From contig NC_092670.1 of the NCBI RefSeq assembly GCF_964355755.1, forward strand, positions 38,552,388-38,616,387: DNA of 64,000 nt, read 5' to 3'. This document shows, piece after piece, positions 14,601 through 26,600 of the stretch. This DNA is from Antedon mediterranea (Eukaryota; Animalia; Echinodermata). Below the pieces are notes generated by a model. It had not been told where the DNA came from. It ran no database searches and saw only the letters and a list, made by a program, of their open reading frames with translations. The stretch's first letter is position 1, and every line of letters begins with the position of its first letter. The position numbers and the translations under genes are program-made.

Positions 14601-17600
14601 ACTTAATTTAAATTTTAGTTTTTTCACATGATGAAAGAAATCAGTTTAAATCATATTATGTAACATATAAAAATGCTTTATTGTTGTAAAATTACATTCT
14701 TCACAAATGTAAAGACATACTCAGACAGCGTTGTAAGTCGAGACCCAATAAGTTGTATTGTCGGGCGAAAATTGAACATGTTTCATGTTTCCCGGCGACC
14801 TAAAACCATGCAACTTTGTCTCAAGACGGGATTCACCTCAAACAGCACCGAAAAGTCTTTGTCGGGAATTGTCTTATGCTGTCTGAATTAGCCTTAAGGT
14901 AATTAGTTAATAAAATGATTTTGTTCATAGTTCATGTGAAAAGGGGTCATGGAACTGTATATCAACTGGTTGTTACTGTGGCGAAAATGCTGAACTAACC
15001 GATTGCAAGCTACCAAATGAATGCCAAAAGACATGTGCAACTTTAAAGAGTGAAGCAGTCTGTTCTGACACTACATGCTTCCCAGGATGTCAATGTTCAT
15101 CTGGATATGTGTTAGACGAAGTGTCTCGTAAATGTGTTTTGCCGTCTGATTGTTCATGCTACCATGGTGGAGTGGCGTATGCCTCTGGATCTGAGGCAAA
15201 TATTGGTTGCAAGAGTTGGTAAGTAGAATTTAATTGATAAATTGATGGGAAAATTTGTTTTTGTTTTTTTCATTTCTAAAAACAATTATGGTGCAGACCT
15301 TTCTACCGGTTTGTTCTCCCTTTATAAGTCAAGTCTAACGCTCTGTCTACACTATCAAACTTTATGTGACACAAAAATGTGATGTGCCCATACAGTATAT
15401 GGACATGATGATGTCATATCACTACCATATTTGGGCATATCACTACCATTTTTTTTAAAACTAGTTTTATAGTGTAGACAGAGCTTTAAGGTGTTTTGTT
15501 TAACTGATGGAGTGCCCCCACAATTCTACTATTCATTTATAGTTTTACTGTATATCCTTCTTCGGATTGTGAATAAAACAAATAAATAATTATTATGCAT
15601 AATTCTGTTGTTTAGTCAATGTTTAATTCCAATATTTTGCAATTACTGCAGTAATTTTATATTTATTTTTATAGTTCTTGTTCTGGTGGGGAATGGACAT
15701 GCAATACTGACAAATGTCAAGGTATGATAATCTTACTGTTGTATCTTGCTTATTATACTTGTATTATTGTGTACAAGTATTGACACCCAGAGACAGTGTG
15801 TACCAAATTCTAAAAACATTCCTATTTGGGGAAACTGGTTGTACCTAAAGTCATTTTAATTGTATATAATTAATTAATTAACTAATTATATAACTCAACT
15901 CTATTAGTAAACTGGCTGTATTACATTAGGTGGTAAAAATCAGTCCCGAAGTATGTATCAACTTTCTATACTATTGAATAAAGACTCAAGACTAAGCCAC
16001 AATTTGCTGAAATTTGCTCTTAATATAATGTATATTATTTGTGATAGAACCATTTTAATTTTAACTTCTTGTAGGCTCATGTATGGCATGGGGCGAATCC
16101 CATTTCACCTCTTTTGATGGTCAAATGTTTGACTTCTCCGGTAACTGCCAATATGATTTGGTAAGCGTGAACGATGTGGCAAATAATATGAGATTCAACA
16201 TTGGAATTCGAAATGAAGTTTGCAGTACCTCAGGACTAACATGTATCAAAGCTGTTATAATCAAACAATTTGATCAAGGTATTAATTTATTTTTATTATT
16301 TTTATGTGACTATTTTCAAGACAGATAAGATTTTAAAAAAGTTAAAATGGTGGAGTAAGAGTAGTTACTCTGGCCATGACTATTACTTGCTACTGACAAA
16401 TTATGTACTTTTCTAAACTTGTCGAATAAATAATGTTTTTACTATTATTAATGATGTTGGTTGTTTCAATAGAGAATAACATAGATTTACCGTCAATGAT
16501 AAACTAACACAGTAGTACAGATTTCAGAAAACTACAGTATGAGTATACACAAATGAATACAGGCAACTTTATTTTTATTATAATATTTTTTTGTTTTTAC
16601 CAGTTGTGGGCCAATGGGACACTTTAAAACTGGTACAAGGTGCTCCAGTAGTTGCCCCACGGGGCGCAGGTCTAAGTTTAAGAGAGCGTGGTCAATACAT
16701 CATTGTTGATTCTTGCCTTGGCTATACAATCTTGTGGAACAGAGGAACATGGTTGCAAGTCAAAGTTCAACCTTTCTTAAGAAATAAGGTAAATTCAGCA
16801 ACAATTATGTATATACCTGTTTACTATGAGTTTCTCTATCTTTCTTATATTTAGACAAATTGCCAAGGATAACCATAAGCAAATTCATTCACTAGACAAA
16901 CATATACACAAAATGCTTTACATAAACAAAGTCTTTGGGAATGGAGTTGTAATTTGTCTTTAGAAAAAATCCTGACATGGCAGGACTTGAACCCAAGGAC
17001 CCTTGGATTGGTAGTGGTGCATGGCTATACCAATCCAAGGGTCCTGGGTCCACTACGTAGAGATGTTACTGTATAAGTGATTGATAGCAAAATAATTTGA
17101 ATGTTTTAAATTTTATTTTGTGTAGGTTAATGGTCTATGTGGTAATTTCGACGGCAATAAAACCAATGATTTTCAATCAAGAGACAGCAATGAAGTAATG
17201 TCAGTGGTGGACTTTGGAAACAGTTGGAAGGTATTGTTCTATCTTGTCTATCTTTCAAATACACTATAATATATATCTCTGTTTTAAGATTTGCATGATA
17301 AAAATTATTTTGTTACAAAGTTGATATACACCATGTACTGTAAAACCATGGAGCCTTTGCAGCCAAGCTGAATTGGGGATTTTTTTTGTGCAAAATCCAA
17401 TTTAATTTTCATTTCAAGTCATTATCAACTTTTTTTCAAAGGTGCATAGAACATGCCCAGATACCAGCCCAATTGTAGTGGAACCTTGTGCATCTTCTCC
17501 TCATCTGGAGTTGTGGGCACAGAAGAAGTGTAGCGTCATCACAGGGTCAAAGTTCAGAGCATGTCACGGTCTTGTATCACCAAAACCGTTCTATGATAAG

Positions 17601-20600
17601 TGTGTGTCTGACACCTGCGCTTGTGACTTTGGTGCTGACTGTGAATGTATGTGTACTGCTATTGCGGCATATGCCCAGGAGTGTAATGAACACGGAGTAC
17701 ATGTTTCATGGAGGACGGATAACCTTTGTCGTAAGTGGCACATGTGAATACTTCAACTACTAAAGCTCTGTCTACACTATCAGACTAGTTTTACAAAAAC
17801 GTGTGCCCAAATATGGTAGTTATCTGTTATCATTGTGTCTACATATATAGGCATATCACTTTTTTTGTCAATACCTCATCTGACTAGTTTGACAAAAAAG
17901 TGTGCCCAAATATGGTATTGATATGATGTCATTGTATCTATATATGGGCATATCACTTTTTTTGTCACATAGTTTGATAATGTATACAGAGCTTTACTAT
18001 ATTAAAAAGAACAGTCAAAATAATAAATGTCATTAGCGATGTAGCAAAGTTAAACTATGTAATGTAGTGTAGTTATATCTAGGCGTGATTTGGACACAAC
18101 TGATAATTTGTCCCTAGGTCATTGCAAATTGAATTACCCTAATTTCACTCTCTGTCATTCTAACTGTAACTTTGCCAACATTTGCAAATAAAATGTGAAT
18201 CTACAACCTAACTTTGTTATTGTTAAGCTCTGTCTACACTAACAGACTAGTGATGTGCCCAAATATGGTAGTGATGGTCAAATGTGGTAGTGATATGACA
18301 TAATCATGTCCATATATGGGCGCATCACATTTTTTTTATAGTACTAAATACTGTATTTCTTTTAAATTTTATAAATCATTCTTTAATGTTTTAAATTTCA
18401 GCAATGCAGTGTGCTAGTGCCGGTGCTATCAGCGGTCCTGAATGCTTGCAATACAGTCCTTGTGTCGATGTATGTGGTGGAACCTGTATTGAAGGATGCT
18501 GTCCAAAGAATGCAATTATGTACAATGGTGTTTGTATCGAACCAGATGATGAATGTCCAAGTTGTGGTACTGGTTATCAAATTGCCACCTATGGTAAGCT
18601 CATCTTCAACGAACGAATCACTAAACGAAGTAGTAACTACGATAATAGATACTTTTACCGTTTGAAAACTATATGTGTATAATTTCAACACTAAAAGAAA
18701 AACAACTACAAATTTTTTTTTTTTTGTACATATTGTATCGGTATTGGTAGAAATTTGTGTTAAATTAGACAGCCTCACTTGAGACACACCCTGCCCATGA
18801 CAGGAGTAAACGGTGCTATGTCAGACACACCCTGCCCATGACAGGAGTAAACGGTGCTATGTCAGACACATCCTGCCCATGACAGGAGTAAACAATGCTA
18901 TGTCAGACACACCCTGCCCATGACAGGAGTAAACGGTGCTATGTCAGACACACCCTGCCCATGACAGGAGTAAACGGTGCTATGTCAGACACACCCTGCC
19001 CATGACAGGAGTAAATGGTGCTATGTCAGACACACCCTGCCCATGACAGGAGTAAACGGTGCTATGTCAGACACACCCTGCCCATGACAGGAGTAAACGG
19101 TGCTATGTCAGACACACCCTACCCATGACAGGAGTAAACGGTGCTATGTCAGACACACCCTGCCCATGACAGGAGTAAACGGTGCTATGTCAGACACACC
19201 CTGCCCATGACAGGAGTAAACGGTGCTATGTCAGACACACCCTGCCCATGACAGGAGTAAACGGTGCTATGTCGGACAACAATGAAGTGTATAAGACTTA
19301 ACGTTTAGAAATGTATTGGTTTTCTAAGTACATACCGTTATTGTTAAAAAATAACATTGTTTTTGTAGGTATTACATACAGTTATCGGTATTATCAATTC
19401 TTTTGGACGATTACTGAGGGATACAAAATCACTTGGACATACCTAGGAAATTGTAAGTTTTATGCAAATTATAGAACTTTGACATCAATTATTTTATAGC
19501 TGTATTAGCTGTATCAACACAGCTACCATAAGTGAATTAATAATGATAATATCCTGGATTTATATAGCGCCTAATGTTGTGAAACCCCAGTTATTTTTTA
19601 GGGATAAAACACGTATGGAAACATACTCTCATAATGCAGCTAGTAATCAGCGCGAATTAAAAAGTAATATGTACACTATGTAAACAAATTTGAATTAAAA
19701 TAATGTATTTAATTCATTTAGCATATTGCTGGACTCGGTGGTTTGATGATGAAAATGGTGGAAATGTCTCCCCATCTGCAAACTATGAGGTTGAATCAAT
19801 TGATGACATCTATGCTCGGTATCCATCTTTGAGCTGTAGAAATCCAACAGCAATCCAATGCCAGACCACTGATGGAGTTGGCTTCGATCAAACTTCACAG
19901 AATGTACAGTGTGATCCAAGCTATGGTTTAAGATGTACAAACAGTCCAGGAAACACATGTTACAACTATAAAATCAGATTTATTTGCTCAGATTTGTGCA
20001 GTCAATATTTAATTCGCGAGTATGGATTGATTGGTGGTTCTAGCTCTACAGGTGGCACATATGTATCTGGTGGAAGTACTGGATCACACGTTTCTGGTGG
20101 CACTCAAACTGGTGGAGGTGGCACTGCAACTGGTGGCACTGTATCAGTTGGAACACAAACAGGAAATGTTGGTGAAGGAGATTCAGAAACAAGTGGCGGC
20201 ATGGGTGCAGGAACCAGTGGCACTGCTGCAGGTGAAACACCAGCTAGTGGTGGCATGGGTGCAGGAACCAGTGGCACTGCTGCAGGTGAAACACCAGCTA
20301 GTGGCGGCATGGGTGCTGAGATTGTTTCAGGGCACGATGATAAAGATACTGAACCAAAAGATCCTAGTGAAGATGAAGAGCCATCTGGTGAAGTTGATAC
20401 TGATTCTCCAGATTCTAGAACTGATGGTGCTGCGACAGGTGAAACACCAGCTAGTGGCGGCATGGGTGCTGAAATTGTTTCAGAGCAAGATGGTAAAGAT
20501 ACTGAACCAAAAGATCCTAGTGAAGATGAAGAGCCATCTCGTGAAGTTGATACTGATGCTCCAGATTCAGGAACCGATGGTGCTGCAGGTGAAACACCAG

Positions 20601-23600
20601 CTAGTGGAGGAACGGGTGCTGAAATTGTATCAGGGCAAGATGGTAAAGATACTGAACCAAAAGATTCTGGTGAAGATGAAGAGCCGTCTGGTGAAGTTGA
20701 TACTGATGCTCCAGATTCAGGAACTGATGGTACTGCAGGTGAAACACCAACTAGTGGTGGCATGGGTGCTGAAATTGTATCAGGGCAAGATGGTAAAGAT
20801 ACTGAACCAAAAGATTCTGGTGAAGATGAAGAGCCATCTGGTGAAGTTGATACTGATGCTCCAGATTCTGGAACTGATGGTGCTGCAGGTGAAACACCAA
20901 CTAGTGGTGGCATGGGTGCTGAAATTGTATCGGGGCAAGATGGTAAAGATACTGAACCAAAAGGTTCTGGTGAAGATGAAGAGCCAGAGCCGTCTGGTGA
21001 AGTTGATACTGATGCTCCAGATTCTGGAACTGATGGTGCTGCAGGTGAAACACCAGCTAGTGGCGGCACGGGTGCTGAAATTGTATCAGGGCAAGATGGT
21101 AAAGATACTGAACCAAAAGATTCTGGTGAAGATAAAGAGCCATCTGGTGAAGTTGATACTGATGCTCCAGATTCAGGAACTGATGGTACTGCAGGTGAAA
21201 CACCAACTAGTGGTGGCATGGGTGCTGAAATTGTATCGGGGCAAGATGGTAAAGATACTGAACCAAAAGATTCTGGTGAAGATGAAGAGCCATCTGGTGA
21301 AGTTGGTACTGATGCTCCAGATTCTGGAACTGATGGTGCTGCAGGTGAAACACCAACTAGTGGTGGCATGGGTGCTGAAATTGTATCGGGGCAAGATGGT
21401 AAAGATACTGAACCAAAAGATTCTGGTGAAGATGAAGAGCCGTCTGGTGAAGTTGATACTGATGCTCCAGATTCAGGAACCGATGGTGCTGCAGGTGAAA
21501 CACCAGCTAGTGGAGGAACGGGTGCTGAAATTGTATCAGGGCAAGATGGTAAAGATACTGAACCAAAAGATTCTGGTGAAGATGAAGAGCCGTCTGGTGA
21601 AGTTGATACTGATGCTCCAGATTCAGGAACTGATGGTACTGCAGGTGAAACACCAACTAGTGGTGGCATGGGTGCTGAAATTGTATCGGGGCAAGATGGT
21701 AAAGATACTGAACCAAAAGATTCTGGTGAAGATGAAGAGCCATCTGGTGAAGTTGATACTGATGCTCCAGATTCTGGAACTGATGGTGCTGCAGGTGAAA
21801 CACCAACTAGTGGTGGCATGGGTGCTGAAATTGTATCGGGGCAAGATGGTAAAGATACTGAACCAAAAGATTCTGGTGAAGATGAAGAGCCAGAGCCGTC
21901 TGGTGAAGTTGATACTGATGCTCCAGATTCTGGAACTGATGGTGCTGCAGGTGAAACACCAGCTAGTGGCGGCACGGGTGCTGAAATTGTATCGGGGCAA
22001 GATGGTAAAGATACTGAACCTAAAGATTCTGGTGAAGATAAAGAGCCATCTGGTGAAGTTGATACTGATGCTCCAGATTCAGGAACTGATGGTACTGCAG
22101 GTGAAACACCAACTAGTGGTGGCATGGGTGCTGAAATTGTATCGGGGCAAGATGGTAAAGATACTGAACCAAAAGATTCTGGTGAAGATGAAGAGCCATC
22201 TGGTGAAGTTGGTACTGATGCTCCAGATTCTGGAACTGATGGTGCTGCAGGTGAAACACCAACTAGTGGTGGCATGGGTGCTGAAATTGAATCGGGGCAA
22301 GATGGTAAAGATACTGAACCAAAAGATTCTGGTGAAGATGAAGAGCCGTCTGGTGAAGTTGATACTGATGCTCCAGATTCTGGAACTGATGGTGCTGCAG
22401 GTGAAACACCAACTAGTGGTGGCATGGGTGCTGAAATTTCAACTGGTGCGACTCAACCAAGTGGTCCATATCTTGATGCTGAAGGTAGATGATTGTTATT
22501 TTATTAATGTATATTGTACTGCATAATTTTGTAATAATGTTTTATATTTTAATTATTTACTCCAAAGTGTATATGTATGTGTACATCTATACAATTACAA
22601 TTGTTACAACTGTAAAACAATGCAACCATTAATGTAATAATAATTCTTAACTTGTTACTTTATAAAGGTTATTGCTGGACACAATGGTTTGATGACGAGA
22701 ATGGTGGTGAGGTATCTCCATCAGCTCAATTTGAAAGTGAATTTATCACAGACATTTTCGCAATGTATCCAACACAGAGCTGTAGATATCCTACAGGGAT
22801 TAACTGTCAAACAATTGATGGTATTTCTTACGACCAAACCTCTCAAAACGTCCAATGTGACGCAAGATTTGGTTTGAAGTGTGTGAACAACCAAGGCGAA
22901 ACATGTTTAAACTATAAGATTCGCCTTGTTTGTGCTGAGTTATGTAGTCAGGAAGGAGTACCAGAATTGATAACAGATGCTGATGGATCGCAACCAGGTG
23001 GCGGAGCGAGTGGAACAGGATCTGACAGCACCAGTGTCACAGATTCTGGCACAGACTCCGAAACATCTGGTACTGGTATAAGTGAAGAAAACAGTAAAAT
23101 AGTAACTGAAGTTACTACTGGAACAAACGGTGCTTCAGTAGGACCACTCCCCAGTATATCAGGTAAATTAATAGTTGATTACTGAATAATAGATTCAATT
23201 TAGATATAAGTTCTTTGGAAATTTTGTAACGATTTTATTTAAAATAAAATGTTGAAAAATTGTGTCATTAACAGAAATGCTAAAATTGTTAAATCAATTT
23301 AATTTAACTTTCTGCATTTTTAGACTACTGTTGGACACAATGGTTTGATGATGAAAATGGTGGTAATGTTTCTCCTTTTAACAAATATGAGATTGAATCT
23401 ATTGATGACATCTATGCAAGATATCCAACTTTGAGTTGCAAGAACCCTAAAGGAATCCAATGTCATGCTCCCAGTGGAAAGTATGATCACAATGTTCAAT
23501 GTGATACAGTCTTTGGCTTAAGATGTACAAACACCAAAGAAAAAACATGTATCAATTACAGAATTCGACTCATCTGCCCAGAATTATGTAGTCAACAGGG

Positions 23601-26600
23601 AGTTACAGATTCAGGCTCTATGGCAGGACAAGGTGGCATAGATTCTGGTTCAACAACTGGAGGATCACACACCAGTGGAGGGATGAGTGGAACAGTTGTA
23701 TCTGGTGGTAGTGATGGTACAGACTCTGGAGCATCCGGTGCTACTGGAGGATCACAAACCAGTGGAGGCATGAGTGGAACAGTTGTATCTGGTGGAACAG
23801 ACTCTGGAGCATCAGGTGCTACCGGAGGATCACAAACCAGTGGAGACATGAGCGGAACAGATGTATCTGGTGGTAGTGATGGTACAGACACTGGAGCATC
23901 CAGTGCTACTGGAGGATCACAAACTAGTGGAGGCATGAGTGGAACAGTTGTATCTGGTGGTACTGATGGTACAGACTCTGGAGCATCAGTTGCTGCTGGA
24001 GGATCACAAACCAGTGGAGGCATGAGTGGAACAGATGCATCTGTTGGTACTGATGGTACAGATTCAGGAGCATCAGGTGCTACTGGAGGATCACACACCA
24101 GTGGAGGAATGACTGGAACAGTTGTATCTGGTGGTACTGATGGTACAGACTCTGGAGCGTCCGGTGCTACTGGAGGATCACAAACCAGTGGAGGCATGAG
24201 TGGAACAGATGTATCTGGTGGTACTGAAATTTCAGAAGGTGAATCCCAACCAAGTGGTCCTTATCTTGATGCTGCAGGTAGATTATTTTATTGTTATTAT
24301 AGAATTCCATATTAAATACTTTAGTTTACCTTTTTTATCTTTATTTCAATCAAATGAAAACAAGTTTTAATATGGAAATTTATTATTATTATTATTGTAT
24401 TTTTATTATCATCATAATTACAAGTCAAATTGGGTTGTTTAATTTTGTATAAACATTTTGAAATGATAAACAATATACATACATTACAACTATAAAAGCA
24501 AAACAAAGATAAATATATGATATCATTCTTAACTTATTGCTTTTGGTAGGTTATTGCTGGACACAATGGTTTGATGACGAGAATGGTGGTAACGTATCTC
24601 CATCAGCTCAATTTGAAAGTGAATTTATCACAGACATTTTCGCAATGTATCCAACACAGAGCTGTAGATATCCTACAGGAATTAAATGTCAAACAATTGA
24701 TGGTATTTCTTACGACCAAACCTCTCAAAATGTGCAATGTGACGCAAGATTTGGTTTGAAGTGTGTCAACAACCAAGGCGAAACATGTTTAAATTATAAG
24801 ATTCGCCTTGTTTGTGCTGAGTTATGTAGTCAGGAAGGAGTACCAGAATTGATAACAGATGCTGATGGATCGCAACCAGGTGGCGGAGCGAGTGGAAAAG
24901 GATCTGACAGCACCAGTGTCCCAGATTCTGGCACAGACTCCGAAACATCTGGTACTGGTATAAGTGAAGAAAATAGTAAAATAGTAACTGAAGTTACTAC
25001 TGGAACAAACGGTGCTTCAGTAGGACCACTCCCCAGTATATCAGGTAAATTAATAGTTGATTACTGAATAATAGATTCAATTTAGATATAAGTTCTTTGG
25101 AAATTTTGTAACGATTTTATTTAAAATAAAATGTTGAAAAATTTTGTCATTAACAGAAATGCTAAAATTGTTAAATCAATTTAATTTAACTTTCTGCATT
25201 TTTAGATTACTGTTGGACACAATGGTTTGATGATGAAAATGGTGGTAATGTTTCTCCTTTTAACAAATATGAGATTGAATCTATTGATGACATCTATGCA
25301 AGATATCCAACTTTGAGTTGTAAAAACCCTAAAGGAATCCAATGTCATGCTCCTAGTGGAAAGTATGATCACAATGTTCAATGTGATACAGTCTTTGGCT
25401 TAAGGTGTACAAACACCAAAGAAAAAACATGTATCAATTACAGAATTCGACTCATCTGCCCAGAATTATGTAGTCAACAGGGAGTTACAGATTCAGGCTC
25501 TATGGCAGGACAAGGTGGCATAGATTCTGGTTCAACAACTGGAGGATCACACACCAGTGGAGGGATGAGTGGAACAGTTGTATCTGGTGGTAGTGATGGT
25601 ACAGACTCTGGAGCATCAGGTGCTACTGGAGGATCACAAACCAGTGGTGGAGGCATTAGTGGTACAGTTGTATCTGGTGGTAGTGATGGTACAGACTCTG
25701 GAGCATCAGGTGCAACTGGAGGAACACACACCAGTGGAGGAATGAGTGGAACAGTTGTATCTGGTGGTACTGATGATACAGACTCTGGAGCATCCGGTGC
25801 TACTGGAGGATCACACACCAGTGGAGGAATGAGTGGTACAGTTGTATCTGGTGGTACTGATGGTACAGATTCTGGAGCATCCGGTACTACTGGAGGATCA
25901 CAAACCAGTGAAGGAATAAGTGGTACAGTTGTATCTGGTGGTACTGATGATACAGACTCTGGAGCATCCGGTGCTACTGGAGGATCACACACCAGTGGAG
26001 GAATGAGTGGTACAGTTGTATCTGGTGGTACTGATGATACAGACTCTAAAGCATCCGGTGCTACTGGAGGATCACAAACCAGTGAAGGAATAAGTGGTAC
26101 AGTTGTATCTGGTGGTACTGATGGTACAGATTCTGGAGCATCCGGTACTACTGGAGGATCACACACCAGTGGAGGCATGAGTGGAACAGTTGTATCTGGT
26201 GGTACTGATGGTACAGATTCTGGAGCATCAGGTTCGACTGGAGGATCACAAACCAGTGGAGGCATGAGTGGAACAGTTGTATCTGGTGGTACTGATGGTA
26301 CAGACTCTGGAGCATCAGGTGCTACTGGAGGATCACAAGCCAGTGGAGGCATGAGTGGAACAGTTGTATCTGGTGGTACTGATGGTACAGACTCTGGAGC
26401 ATCAGGTGCTACAGGAGGATCACAAACCAGTGGAACAGTTGTGCCTGGTGGTACAGGAGTAAAGATACCCACTGTTACAGGTACTTTAAGGATTATTACC
26501 AATAACCAAAATATTATTAAAAAACCATTTTAAATGAAACAACAGTTTACAGTATTGTTTCAATGTAAAAAAAATTAACTAAATAGGAAAATTTATTTAT

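Noticed and set aside
18783-19278. CRISPR-like appearance of the 41-bp array
   Set aside because: Contiguous tandem units with no unique spacers, in a eukaryotic intron, with no cas genes
20031-22526. 831-aa alternative-frame ORF and 773-aa antisense ORF over exon 18
   Set aside because: Stop-free frames arise automatically from the 150-bp repeat; they have no splice or domain support, and the CysD frame is the coding one
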